A stretch of DNA of 64,000 nucleotides from an uncultured Gemmatimonadota bacterium (GCA_964490075.1 CAZBBK010000009.1:1-64000), one strand, 5' to 3'. Shown: positions 8,660-20,758, numbered from the stretch's first letter. Program-made: numbers and translations. Notes: a model not told the origin generated them from the letters alone.

Positions 8660-11600
8660 TTGCATGCGACGCGCGACGCGCTGGAGATCGGCTTGGCGAA
8701 CGAAGTTCTCGACGGACGCTTCCGCCTGGAAGAGACGCTGGGGCACGGGGCCGCGGGGGCGGTTCATCGGGCCCGTGACCTGGCGCGCGAGCGGGATGTG
8801 GCGCTGAAGCGGCTGATCGAGCCGGAGCGGCAGGCGCGGCGGCGGCTCCTGGGGGAGTACCTGGCGATGCGCCGCATCTCCCACCCCCACGTGGCGCGGG
8901 CCTTCGACTGGGGGATCGGGGGCGACTACTTCACGATGGAGCTGGTCCGCGGGGTGGCCTTCGATCGCTTCGTGCGCGACCACGGCGCGGAGGCCTCGCT
9001 GCCGGTGCTGCGCGACCTGCTCGACGGGCTGGCGACGATCCACGCCCACGGGCTGGTCCATCTCGACGTGAAACCGGCCAATCTGCTGGTCGCCGGCGCC
9101 CAGCATCCCGACGCGCGGATCATCGACTTCGGGCTGTTGAGGAGGCTCGGCAGCCGGATTCACGGGGCCACCGGAACGCCCGCTTATGCGGCCCCCGAGG
9201 TGCTAGCGGGAGAGGGGCGGATCGACGGACGGGCCGATCTCTTCTCGCTGGGCGTGGTGCTGCTCGAGGCGCTCACCGGAGAGCGGATCGCGGCGGACGG
9301 GTCGGCCGCGCTGCTGCTGGAGCGACCGGCCTGGATCGCGGCGCGGCTGGCGGGGTTGGACGGAGTGCCGGCGGAGCTGCGGCGGCTGCTGGAGGCGCTG
9401 GTGGCCCACGCTCCCGACGAACGGCCGGGGTCGGCGCTCGATGCCCGGGCGCTGGCCGAGGGCGAGGAGCCGCGCGGGCGCTGGCCGCTGGTGAAGCCGA
9501 AGCTGGTGGGGCGCGCCGACGCGCTGGACGAGCTGCGCAGGTCGATCGACGCGGTGCACGAGGGACGCGCCGCGGCCAAGCCGGTGATCCGCATCGTCGG
9601 CGAGCCGGGGATCGGCAAGACGCGGCTGCTCGACCGGCTGGAGATCCGGCTGCGCGCCCAGGGCACGATGACGGTGCGCTCCGGCTGGACGGCGGCGTCG
9701 GCGGCGCCTTTCGCGCCCTTCCGCGGGCTGCTCGGAGAGCTGGAACGGCAGCTCGCCCGGGCGCCGGGGGCGGAGGGGACGGGGTTGCGGGCGGTAGGGG
9801 AGCTGATCGACGAGGGACGCGACCCTCAGCGAGCGGTGCGCGCGGTGGCGGACTTTGTCCTCGACGCGGTTCGGGCGCTGCGACCGCTGCGCTGGGTGGT
9901 GTTGCTGGAGGACGCGCACTGGGCCGGTCCGATCGGGTCGCGGCTGCTGGAGGAGCTGGCGGAGCGGCTGCCGCTGGCCGGGGCGGCGCTGGCCCTGGTG
10001 CTGACCCAGCGGCCCGACGCCGATCCGCGGCCGCCACGCCCCGGCACCGTGCACATCGGGCTGGGGCCGCTGCACCACAGCGCGGTGGAGCGGATGGCGG
10101 CGGGAATGTTGACGGCGCGCCGCCTGCAGCCCGAGATCACCCGCACGTTGTTCCAGGCGAGCGCTGGCAACCCCTTGTCGATCACCGAGATGGTGCGCAG
10201 CCTGGTGCTCTCGGGGGTGCTGCGCACGCGCCAGGGCACCGCCTACCTGGAGCGGCCGCTGGAAAGCGTTCTGAGCGCCCGGAGCCCGGCGTCGGACGGG
10301 CTTGCGGCGGCGCTGCGGGAGCGCATGAAGCTGCTCAGCCGTGCCGCGCAAAAACTGGTCGGGCAGGCGGCGGTGCTGGGCCCGCGGATCCGCTATGACG
10401 TGCTCTCGGCGGTGTCGGGGCTGGAGGACGAGGCGGTGATCGACCACCTGATGGAGGCGTTTCGCCTGGGGGTGATGGAGCGCAGCCCGGAGGCCGGAGG
10501 GGCGGGGCTGCGCTTTACGCACGAACGGGTGCGAGAGCTGACCGCGGAATCGCTCTCGGCCGACCAGCGGCGCACCCACCACCGCGCGGCGGCCGACGTG
10601 CTGCTGGCGATCGGCGACGACGAGCTGCGCGCCGATGCCGGCGTGCACCTGTTGCGTGCCGGGGACCGGGCGGCGGCGCGCGACCACCTGGTGGCCGGGG
10701 CACGGGACCGCAGCCGGGCGGCGCGGCTGCGGGAGTCGATCGACCTCTACCGAATGGCGCTGGAATGCCCGGCGAAGCGGCGCGACGAGGGCTTGGTGCG
10801 GCTGGCACTGGGGGAGCTGCTGCGTCAGATCGGGAGCCCGGAGAAGGCCGAGCGGATGCTGCGCCGCGGACTGGCGCAGGTGCTGCCGCGGCCGGCGTCG
10901 GCGGCGTTGCTCGAGCGCCACGACCTGGACGGGGTCGAGGGAGGGGACGCCAAGGCGGCCGGCGCCTTTCTGAGCGCGCTGGGGAGCGTCAGCCTGCACC
11001 GCGGCGACCTGGAGCAGGCGCGGCGGCGCTACGGCAGCGCCCTGGAGCTGCACACCCGGGCCGGCGAGGCGACCGAGGCGCGGGCGGTGCGGGTCAACCT
11101 GGGCGTGGCGCTGGGCAGCGCCGGCGACATCCCGGCGGCGATCGAGCTGCTCGATGAGGCGCTCTCGCCGGGCGGCGAGCCGACCGAGCTGCAGACGGTG
11201 GCGTTGATCAACCTCGGCCATTTCCGCAATCTCGCGGGGCAGGGAAGGCGCGCGCTCGAGGCCTACCGAGAGGCGCTGGCGGCGGCGCGGGCGCGCAGCG
11301 ACGAGTTCATGGCGGCGACGGTGCTGGGCAACCTGGGGGAGGTGCTGCACGCCATGGGGAGGCTGACCGAGGCGCTGGAGCACCACCAGCGGGCGCTGGA
11401 GATGTGCGAGCGGATCGGCGACTCGGCGGGCAGCCTGAACGCGATGAACGGCTGCGGCGAGGTGTTGACCGAGATCGGCCGCGACCGGGAGGCGCTCGAG
11501 ATGCTCGAGCGCAGCGTCGGCGCCGCCCGGCGCGCCGGATCGCTGGCGCTGCTGGGGCGGGCCCTGAACCGGCTCGGCGAGGGACTGATCCGCAGCGGCG

Positions 11601-12435
11601 ACTACGAGCGGGCCGACAGCGAGCTGCACGCCGCGCTGGTCGCCAACCGGCGGGTCGGAGAGCCGGGGCCGATTGCCTGGACGCTGAAGACGCTGGGGAC
11701 GGCGGCCCTCTCGGCGGGCGACTTGCGTCAGGCCGAGACGCTGCTGCGCGAGGCGGGCGAGGCGGCGCGGCAGGTGGCGCGGCCGCGCATCCAGGCGGCG
11801 GTGCTGCACCACCTGGCGCGCATCGACGCGCTGCGCGGCGACCTGGGGGCGGCGCGTGTGGGCCTCGAGGAGGCGCTGCGGCTGTTCCGGGAGATCGCGC
11901 ACCCCGCCGGCGAGGCGCGCGCCCTGCTGGCACTCGCGCAGCTCGACGAGACCGAGGGCAAGGACCCCGACGAGCGGTCGGCGGCGGCCGTGGAGATCGC
12001 TCGCGCGGTGGGCGGCCGGGCGCTGCTGGCCCAGGCGCGGGTGGCGCGCGCCGCCTGCCTGGCGCGCGGCGGACGCTTGGCGGCGGCGGAGCGTGAGGCG
12101 CGCGCCGCCGTCGACGAGCTGAGCGGGCGCCCGGCGGCGCAGGCGATCGCGCGGGTGCGCCTGGGATCGATCGCCGCGGAACGGGGGCGCACCAACCGCG
12201 CCGAGCGCGAGCTCGAGGCGGCGGCGAAGAGCCTGGGGCGGCTGGGGCGGCGGCTGGCCGAGGGGATCGCCCTACTCGCCTGGGGATCGATCGAGTACGG
12301 TCTCGGCGACGACGAGGCCGGGGACCGGCTGGGGGCGCGCGCCCGCGCGATCTTTGAACGCATCGGAGCGCCACTCCTGGCGGAACGTGCGCGGCATCTG
12401 AGCCGCGCCTCCCCGGAGGTCCCCTGGAGGGTCGT

Positions 12436-12439
<4 letters not shown>
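8660..12439 (+). CDS. Ser/Thr protein kinase fused to STAND/AAA ATPase and long TPR array
   Basis: Kinase motifs GHGAAG, VALK, HLDVKPAN, DFG, APE and DLFSLG. Walker A GEPGIGKT, Walker B VVLLEDAHW, GNPL, then multiple TPRs. The start may be TTG at 8693 (GGAG upstream). Confidence 0.9.
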
Positions 12440-13965
<1,526 letters not shown>

Positions 13966-13975
13966 CGATTCGGCC

Positions 13976-14023
13976 TCGTCGAAAACGACGAATCCCACCC
14001 TTCGCGCTCGTTGGAATCACCGA
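13976..14023. promoter_or_regulatory. Candidate tandem upstream activator sites for the sigma54 promoter
   Basis: Perfect palindrome TCGTCG-AAAA-CGACGA (13976-13991) and near-palindrome TCGTTG-GAAT-CACCGA (14008-14023), 32 bp apart and about 100-145 bp upstream of the -24 element. Confidence 0.6.
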
Positions 14024-14121
14024 GATCGGCGTCGCCCCGGCGCCGGACGAAGCCCCGGCTGATCCGGCCAAGCGGCGGAGCTCCAGCTACTTGCGCGCTA
14101 GCGCCGGATGCCGGCCCGATC

Positions 14122-14137
14122 TGGCACGATCGCTGCA
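14122..14137 (+). promoter_or_regulatory. Sigma54 (-24/-12) promoter
   Basis: TGGCACG-ATCG-CTGCA against consensus TGGCACG-N4-TTGCW, 41 bp upstream of an ATG with GGAGGAG RBS and just downstream of an EBP gene. Confidence 0.8.
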
Positions 14138-14177
14138 ATTGTGGTGCGCGACGCCAACCCATGCCCGGAGGAGATTC

Positions 14178-14969
14178 ATGATGCTCGCCACCGCCGCCAC
14201 CCTGCTGCTCACCGGCAGCGCCTGCGCCGACACCCAGATCCTCAGCCACCGCGTGCTGGACGAAGGCCAGTTCTCCGCCATCACCGAGCGCCGCTACGAG
14301 ATCATCGACAATGAGCGCGACTGGGCGGCCCTCTGGTTCGAGCACCAGGGCCTGGAGCAGGGCGTCCGCGACCTGCCCGAGATCGACTTCAAGCAGGAGA
14401 TGGTGCTCGCCACCTTCATGGGTCCGCAGCCGAACTACGGCAACCGCATCTTCGTCGATATGGTCGCCGAGCACGACTCCAGGTGCGCCGCCAAGATCGG
14501 CGAAGAGATCGCCCGCGTCGGTCCCCGCGTCTACACCACCCCCTTCCAGTTCAGTGCCGTCAGCCGCACCGATCTGCCGGTCTGGTTCCTCGACCGCGAG
14601 CATCGGATCGAGACCCTGGACCGCGGCTCCGACTGCGACCAGGATCAGCCCCAGACCCAGGTGATCCGCGACCGCAAGACCTGGCAACAGATTTGGGATC
14701 TGACCTTCCACAAGAGCATGGCGCCGGCGGTCGACTTCGAGACTGAAATGGTGTTGGCGGTGTTCCTCGGCGACCAGCCGACCAGCGGCCACTCGGTGCG
14801 CATCGTCGATGCCTCCGAGGCCGAGACCGAAGCCGGCACGGTGCTGGTACCGATCGCCTTGCATCGCACCCCCACCGAGGCCGCCCTGCCGATCATCACC
14901 AGCCCCTACCACTTCGTCGTCACCCCCGCCAGCGACCTGCCGGTCAGCTTCCAGACGATCGACTTCTGA
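14178..14969 (+). CDS. Secreted protein with two PrcB-C-terminal-like domains
   Basis: Signal peptide. Internal duplication LPEIDFKQEMVLATFMGPQPNYG / APAVDFETEMVLAVFLGDQPTSG, ending TTPFQF / TSPYHF. Confidence 0.75.
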   Translation: MMLATAATLLLTGSACADTQILSHRVLDEGQFSAITERRYEIIDNERDWAALWFEHQGLEQGVRDLPEIDFKQEMVLATFMGPQPNYGNRIFVDMVAEHDSRCAAKIGEEIARVGPRVYTTPFQFSAVSRTDLPVWFLDREHRIETLDRGSDCDQDQPQTQVIRDRKTWQQIWDLTFHKSMAPAVDFETEMVLAVFLGDQPTSGHSVRIVDASEAETEAGTVLVPIALHRTPTEAALPIITSPYHFVVTPASDLPVSFQTIDF

Positions 14970-15004
14970 GGCGAGGCGGCGCGGCGCACCGAGCGCGGTT
15001 GAGT

Positions 15005-15154
15005 TTGACATTCTCCGCACCGAACGGGGTTCAGTTTGACAGTTGACCCCGACTTGACGTCGACTTGGGCCTCTGGGGCGCCTATCGGGGCCGAATCGGG
15101 CTCCGAAGGGTCGGAGATGTCAAACTGAACCCCGTTCGGTGCGGGAGATGTCAA
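15005..15154. repeat. 150-bp inverted-repeat element (REPIN/MITE-like) between convergent genes
   Basis: 37-bp arms 15005-15041 and 15118-15154 with 27 bp perfectly complementary (TGTCAAACTGAACCCCGTTCGGTGCGG) and 3 mismatches overall. Confidence 0.75.
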
Positions 15155-15267
15155 GTTCAGGCGGGCTGGGTGTGTTCGCGGCGCGAAGTCGGACCCGAGG
15201 CCGCCGCCCTGCTCCTAGAGACGATCCGCGCCGCTCGCGTCGGCGACATCGGTCACCCCTTCCAAAA

Positions 15268-16545
15268 CTAGCCCCCCTCCCGATCCTGCCCCCACGGCCA
15301 GCACACCACCACGCGACACCCCCCCTCGCTCCCCTCCTCGATGCGCACCGTGCCGCCATGGCGCTCCAGCACGCGGCGCACGATCGCCAGACCGATGCCG
15401 TAGCCGGAGCCGCCGGCGGCGCGGTCGAGGCGGACGAAGGGCTCGAAGACGCGCGCGCGCTCGTGCTCGGGGATGCCCGGGCCGTCGTCCTCGACTTCGA
15501 TCCGCAGCTGCTCGGGCGCGGCGGCGGCACGCAGCGCCACGCCGGCGGCGGCGTAGCGCAGGGCGTTGGAGAGCAGGTTGCCGATGACGCGGCGGAAGAG
15601 GCGCGGATCGGCGTCTAGCTCGCAGCCGTCCAGGTCGGCGTCGAGCGCGAGGGCGATGCCGAGGGCGGCGGCTTCGTCGGCCATGCCGCCGACCAGGTCG
15701 GCCAGCTCGCGACCCGGCCAGGTGATCCCTTCGCAGGTCTCGCCGCTTTCCAGGCGGGCGTAGGTCAAGAGCTCGTCGACCAGGCGTGAGAGTTCCTCGA
15801 AGTCGCGGTCGAGCTCGCCGATGCGCCGGTCGCGCTCGGCCGAATCTTCGACGTGGGTGAGGATGTGCATCGCGGTCTGGATGCGGGCCAGGGGCGTGCG
15901 CAGCTCGTGGGAGACGGCGCGCAGCAGCTCGCGCTGCGACTCGATGGTGGCGTGGGTGGTCTCGGCCATGCGGTTGAGGGCGCGGGCCAGGGTGAGGGTC
16001 GGGCCGTCGATCTCGGGGGCGCGGGCGCTCAGATCGCCGCCGGAGATGCGCACGGCGGTGCTCTCGAGCAGGCGCAGCTCCTGTTCCACGGGGCGCAGCA
16101 GGCGACGGATGGCGAGGGCGCCGAGCAGGGGGACCAGCAGAGCCAGGGCGGCGGCGACGTAGTACTCGGTGTTCGGGTAGGGGGGCAGGGGGCCGAGGCG
16201 CAAGGTCTGGTCGCCGCCGGCGATCGGCAGGAAGATGTACTCGTGGTCGGCGTAGTGCCAGATGAGCTCCGATCCCCACTCGATCTCCTCCTGGACCTCG
16301 ACCGGCAGCGCCTCCCAGTCCAACACGCCGACCGGATAGCCGTAGCGCTCGCCGGCGGCGGCGGCGCGGACCGGATCGGCCGCGAGCTGCTCGGCCTCGG
16401 CGCCCAGGGGGCCGTGCAGCAGCGCCTCGTAGTAGCCGGCGTACTGGTCGGGCCACAGAAACTGGTCGTAGAGCCAACCGAGCGCGCCGACCGCCGAGCA
16501 GACCACGAAGACCATCGCCCAGAGGCGCAGGAAGAGCCCTCTCAC
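15268..16545 (-). CDS. Membrane sensor histidine kinase (HAMP-HisKA-HATPase, RstB/CpxA-like)
   Basis: Two TM, HAMP, SHELRTPL, NLLSNALRYA, DDGPGI and GYGIGL. Confidence 0.92.
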   Translation of the reverse strand: MRGLFLRLWAMVFVVCSAVGALGWLYDQFLWPDQYAGYYEALLHGPLGAEAEQLAADPVRAAAAGERYGYPVGVLDWEALPVEVQEEIEWGSELIWHYADHEYIFLPIAGGDQTLRLGPLPPYPNTEYYVAAALALLVPLLGALAIRRLLRPVEQELRLLESTAVRISGGDLSARAPEIDGPTLTLARALNRMAETTHATIESQRELLRAVSHELRTPLARIQTAMHILTHVEDSAERDRRIGELDRDFEELSRLVDELLTYARLESGETCEGITWPGRELADLVGGMADEAAALGIALALDADLDGCELDADPRLFRRVIGNLLSNALRYAAAGVALRAAAAPEQLRIEVEDDGPGIPEHERARVFEPFVRLDRAAGGSGYGIGLAIVRRVLERHGGTVRIEEGSEGGCRVVVCWPWGQDREGG

Positions 16546-17243
16546 GGCTGCTCGGCCAACAGGTAGCCGGCTCCGTGCACGGTCTTGATCCAGGTCGGGC
16601 TCTTGGGATCGTCGCCGAGGGCGCGGCGCAGGCGCGAGATGCGCAGGTCGGCCGAACGATCCAGACCGTCGTGCTCGAGGCCGCGCAGCTCGCGCAGAAT
16701 GTCGTCGCGGCTGACCACTTCACCGGCGTGGCGCATCAGCAGATGCAGCAGGTCGAACTCGGCGGTGCTGAGGGGCAGCGGCGCGCCGGCCAGCTCGGCG
16801 GCGCGGCGGCGCGGGTCGACCACCAGCTCGCCGACCCGGAAGGGCTGGGCGCGGCCGGCGGCGACGGGGGAGGAGCGGCGCAGCAGGGCGCGGACGCGGG
16901 CCAGCAGGCGCGGCGGGCTGACCGGCTTGGTCAGGTAGTCGTCGGCGCCCACCTCGAGCCCCAGGATCTCGTCGTGCTCTTCGCCGCGCGCGGTGACCAT
17001 CAGCACCGGGCGCTGGTAGCCGCGCGCGCGCACCGCCCGGCACACCGACACGCCGTCCAGACCGTCGAGGCCGATGTCGAGCACCACCAGGTCGGGGCGC
17101 TCGGCCAGAATCCGCTCCAGCGCCACGTCGCCGCGCGGCTCCAGCTCGGCCTCCATGCCCTGCAGGCCCAACAGCTCGACCACCAGGTTGCCGAGCCGCA
17201 CATCGTCCTCCACCACAAGGATCTTGGGTCGCGGCGTGCCCAT
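16542..17243 (-). CDS. OmpR-family response regulator (RstA-like)
   Basis: VVEDD, LDIGL, GADDYLTKP and winged helix ending IKTVHGAGY. Overlaps the kinase start. Confidence 0.93.
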   Translation of the reverse strand: MGTPRPKILVVEDDVRLGNLVVELLGLQGMEAELEPRGDVALERILAERPDLVVLDIGLDGLDGVSVCRAVRARGYQRPVLMVTARGEEHDEILGLEVGADDYLTKPVSPPRLLARVRALLRRSSPVAAGRAQPFRVGELVVDPRRRAAELAGAPLPLSTAEFDLLHLLMRHAGEVVSRDDILRELRGLEHDGLDRSADLRISRLRRALGDDPKSPTWIKTVHGAGYLLAEQP

Positions 17244-17252
17244 CGGCGAAGG

Positions 17253-18923
17253 CTACCTCCGGCGGCGGCGCGCCGACAGCGCGTCGATTACTTCCGCCGC
17301 CGCCCGCTCGCCGCTCTCCGCGGCGCCCTCCAGGAAGCCCTGGTAGATCGGCGCGGTGTGGTCGCCGGCGAAGTGCACCTTGCCGCCCTCCACCTCGCCC
17401 TCCAGGCCGCGGATGGTGGAGAACTGGCCGAGCGCGTATGCCGGGTAGGAGCCGCGCAGGATCGGCGACGTGTGGGGGCAGGCGCGGAACACTCGCCCGG
17501 TCCACTTGTCGCTCAGGCCGGGCAGCAGCGGCTCCACGTCGCCCAGGAAGGCGGCGGCGCGGCTCTCCGGAGTGCCCAGGTGGAACTCGGCGCCGTAGTC
17601 GCCGCCGACGTAGTCGACCAGCAGCCCGGCGTCCCCTTCCTGGGCGCCCGACGCCCCCCAGGTGGCCTGGAAGTCGCGGTCCGACCAGATGTCGCCGCTG
17701 CTTCCCAGGCTCCACCAGTGGCGGTCGCTGAACTGCATGATCAGCTTGGAGTTGGTGGCGATGCCGAGGTTCTGGATGGCGTTGCGCTTGACCTCGCGCA
17801 GGTCGAGCGCGGAGAGGTCGACCTCGCGCAGGATGTGGAAGGGCAGGGCCAGCACCAGCCGGTCGACCCGGGTCTCGACGCTGCCACCGATGGTGTCGAA
17901 GCTGAGCCGCACGCGGCCGCCCTCGGTGGCGGCCGACACCAGCCGGTGGCCGCGCTCGATTTGCCCGGGGATGCCGCCGGCCAGGCGCGCGGTCAGGAGA
18001 TCGGTGCCGCCCTTGACGTGCCAGAGGGTGAGCGGCCCCTCGTCGCCGCCGGCCAGGGCACCCGCGGCGCGTCGCCGCCGGCCGACCGCGGCGCCGCGAG
18101 GGCCAGTTCCGCCCCGCGCCTGCTCCTCGCCGCCGCCGGCCAGCCCGTAGACGATGTTGAGCGACGAGAGTCGATCCGGCTCCATACCCCATTCGTTGCG
18201 GATGTGCACGTCGAGCAGCTGGCCGATGCGCGAGCTCATGCCGCCCGCCACCCGGCTCTCGATCCACTCGGTGACGCTCATGTGGTCGAGGGTGCGGCCG
18301 TAGGGCGTGCTCTGGTAGTAGGTGGTGTCGGACCCGGCGCGCCAGCGGTCGCGCGCCGCCTCGCGCACCACCGGCATCAGGTCCTGCACGATGCGCCAGA
18401 AGGGGTAGGGACGGCCGTCGATCTCGAACATGCTGCGGGCATCGGGCGGGGTGTTGGCGTAGAGGTTCTCGGCCTCCAGCCCCAGCTCGTCGATCAGCCG
18501 CAGCACGGTGTGGTGGTAGTCGTCGATGAACTCGGCGTGGGCCTCGCCGATCTGGCCCTGGTCGAAGAAGCCGCGGATCGTCCAGCAACGCCCTCCGATG
18601 CGCGTGTCGGCCTCGTAGACTCTCGCCTGGATGCCGGCCTCGCGCAGCCGGTAGGCCGCCGTCAGTCCCGCCAGTCCGGCCCCGACCACCGCCACCTCGG
18701 CGTCCGTGCGCAGCGAGCCGGAGCTCGCCGCGGCGGCCGCGCGCAGCGGCCCGCGGGCGATCGGCGGCAACGCTGCGGTCAGCAGCAGTCCACCGCAGGC
18801 GGTGCCGGCGCGACCGATGAAGCGCCGGCGCGATGGCTGCTCGGGGCGCAGCTCGGCGGCGACCAGCGTCTCGGCGCGGCCCCACGCACTCTGGAACAGA
18901 TGGGTCTTGATCGACCGTGCCAT
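17253..18923 (-). CDS. Flavin monoamine/L-amino-acid oxidase family protein, possible Tat substrate
   Basis: SRRRFIG plus a hydrophobic stretch, GAGLAGL, EAxxRIGGR and FAGDHT...GFLEGAAESG. Confidence 0.85.
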   Translation of the reverse strand: MARSIKTHLFQSAWGRAETLVAAELRPEQPSRRRFIGRAGTACGGLLLTAALPPIARGPLRAAAAASSGSLRTDAEVAVVGAGLAGLTAAYRLREAGIQARVYEADTRIGGRCWTIRGFFDQGQIGEAHAEFIDDYHHTVLRLIDELGLEAENLYANTPPDARSMFEIDGRPYPFWRIVQDLMPVVREAARDRWRAGSDTTYYQSTPYGRTLDHMSVTEWIESRVAGGMSSRIGQLLDVHIRNEWGMEPDRLSSLNIVYGLAGGGEEQARGGTGPRGAAVGRRRRAAGALAGGDEGPLTLWHVKGGTDLLTARLAGGIPGQIERGHRLVSAATEGGRVRLSFDTIGGSVETRVDRLVLALPFHILREVDLSALDLREVKRNAIQNLGIATNSKLIMQFSDRHWWSLGSSGDIWSDRDFQATWGASGAQEGDAGLLVDYVGGDYGAEFHLGTPESRAAAFLGDVEPLLPGLSDKWTGRVFRACPHTSPILRGSYPAYALGQFSTIRGLEGEVEGGKVHFAGDHTAPIYQGFLEGAAESGERAAAEVIDALSARRRRR

Positions 18924-18926
18924 GAT

Positions 18927-19868
18927 TCAGTCCTCCCGCGCGCGGCGCGCCGCTCCGGGGTCGGTGACCTCGATGGTGAAGCTCTCGGCGTCGAGACGCA
19001 CCCCCTGGTCGGCGATCGACACCTCGACCAGATAGCTGCCCGTCGGTGCGCCGGCCGGCACCGGCACGCTCACCGGGCTCGACAGCGATCCGCCCGGGTC
19101 CACCGCCAGGCGCGGCGGCCCATCGTAGAGAGGCACGTTGGTCGGCGGAATCGGTCCGCTGGCGTCCAGGTCGGCCTCGTCGAAGTGGGCGACCGATTCG
19201 CCCTGGTTGGCGATGATGCCGGTGAACTCCAGGTTCGCCCCGCGATCGACCGAGGCCGGCACCCCCTCGAGGCTCAGATCGAGCACGGGTCCGCCCTCGG
19301 CGACCGTCCAGTCGCCGCTGTAGGTGTAGTCGCCCCAGGCGATGTAGTCGTTGTTGCCGGACAACGCCGTGAAGTGGAAGGACACCGCCCCGGCCCCCGG
19401 CGCCTCCGGCGCGGTCCAGATAACGCGCCAGCTCAGCGGACCGTCTTCGACGCCCCGTGCCGCCCCCAGCGTGCGCTGCTCGATGTAGTCGCGGCTGCCG
19501 GTCGACAGCACCTGCACCGAGTCGGGCGCCCCGGGGATCAGCTCCCCGGCGCGGGCGCCGAAGGCGTCGAGTGCGGTGAGCTGGAAGCCCCACACGCTCA
19601 TTCCGGGGTCCTCCGTGCTCACCCAGAAGGTGTAGCTCTGGCCCGGGCTGTAGCTCACGGGAGCCTCCAGGAGCTCTACGCTGCCGGGGCCGGAATCGAG
19701 CGGGTAGCTGTTGTGGCAGGCGGTGCAAGTGCCTTCGCCGGGCGCTCCCGCGAAGCCGGTCGGCGAGCCGCCGACGTAGGCGGATGCCGGGGAGGCCGCC
19801 AGCAGAGCCAGGATTCTGGCCGTGGCCCTCGCGGCGTTCTTCGAGGTGGGGTTCCGAAACTCGCCCAT
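18927..19868 (-). CDS. Secreted Reeler-like (choice-of-anchor V-like) domain protein with CxxCH and C-terminal Ig-like domain
   Basis: Signal peptide, GAPGEGTCTACH, GFQLTA, WTAP, then a beta-rich C-terminal domain. Confidence 0.7.
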   Translation of the reverse strand: MGEFRNPTSKNAARATARILALLAASPASAYVGGSPTGFAGAPGEGTCTACHNSYPLDSGPGSVELLEAPVSYSPGQSYTFWVSTEDPGMSVWGFQLTALDAFGARAGELIPGAPDSVQVLSTGSRDYIEQRTLGAARGVEDGPLSWRVIWTAPEAPGAGAVSFHFTALSGNNDYIAWGDYTYSGDWTVAEGGPVLDLSLEGVPASVDRGANLEFTGIIANQGESVAHFDEADLDASGPIPPTNVPLYDGPPRLAVDPGGSLSSPVSVPVPAGAPTGSYLVEVSIADQGVRLDAESFTIEVTDPGAARRARED

Positions 19869-20050
19869 GAGACGCTCCTTGTGCAGTCGTGGGAACGGGG
19901 ACGAAGCGCGCGGCAGGTCGGCCGGGCTTCGTGCTTACAAGTAGAAGCGGAGCGGGGGGGGCGCGCCATTGCGGTCTTGTAGCGGCTTGTACCGGGATGT
20001 ATCGGGGTGGCGGCGGTGGGAAACGCGGCGTCTCGATCCGCGCGACCGGG

Positions 20051-20461
20051 TCAGGAACTGGGCGGCGGATCCTGGGTGCCATCGAAGAGCGCCACTCCCA
20101 ACGCCTCGGCTGCGGCCTTCATGCGCCGATCGTAGGTGGCGAGCTGCGGGGATTCGCCGAGCGATCGCAGGAACTCCACGCTCGCCAGATGAAGCGCCTC
20201 GAGGGTGCGCACCGGAGCCGGGAAAGGTTCCAGAGCACGGCTCAGTACCCGAGGGCCCAGCTCCAGCATGGCGACTCGCGCCAGCAGCTGGCGCACCGCC
20301 TCCGCGTGGGTCGTGCCGAGGCCGCGGGCGTGGATCCTGGTCCAGAGCTCGTACTCCAGCAGGCGGCTCGAGATGAGCTGCTCATTCCACAGACGCTCCG
20401 GCGGTCGCCGATCCTCCGCCAGCAGGCTGGCCAACGCCACCGATGTGTCGAGGTAGATCAA
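20051..20461 (-). CDS. vapC: PIN-domain toxin (VapC family)
   Basis: IYLDTS and RTLEALHLAS. Overlaps the antitoxin stop. Confidence 0.85.
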   Translation of the reverse strand: MIYLDTSVALASLLAEDRRPPERLWNEQLISSRLLEYELWTRIHARGLGTTHAEAVRQLLARVAMLELGPRVLSRALEPFPAPVRTLEALHLASVEFLRSLGESPQLATYDRRMKAAAEALGVALFDGTQDPPPSS

Positions 20462-20748
20462 CGCGCCTCCCGGTCGCTTTCTATCTCAGCCAGCAACTCG
20501 GCCAGAGGCGCCACCGGAATGCTCGGGGGAGCACCGCCCCCAGGACTCGCCGCGGGGGTTAGCCAGCCGCGCCGCATGGCGTCAGCCAGCAACGCATCGG
20601 CCACGCGCGGGCCACGGTCGGCGCGCGGCGGCACCAGCTCCGCGACCACTCGATCTCGATCGGTGACCAGAACCGTCTCTCCGCTGGTGACGATCCGCAC
20701 GTACTCGCTGAGCCGATTCTTGAGCGCCTTGATGCCTACTGCTCTCAT
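20458..20748 (-). CDS. Phd/YefM-family antitoxin
   Basis: MRAVGIKALKNRLSEYVRIVTSGETVLVTDRDRVVAELVP. Confidence 0.85.
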   Translation of the reverse strand: MRAVGIKALKNRLSEYVRIVTSGETVLVTDRDRVVAELVPPRADRGPRVADALLADAMRRGWLTPAASPGGGAPPSIPVAPLAELLAEIESDREAR

Positions 20749-20758
20749 GTCTACTAAA

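Noticed and set aside
16575-20082. Very long alternative ORFs (1135 aa +, 1120 aa -), likewise 9203-11902, 37366-40287 and 58729-61221
   Set aside because: These are shadow frames of well-supported genes in high-GC DNA, with low-complexity composition and no motifs.
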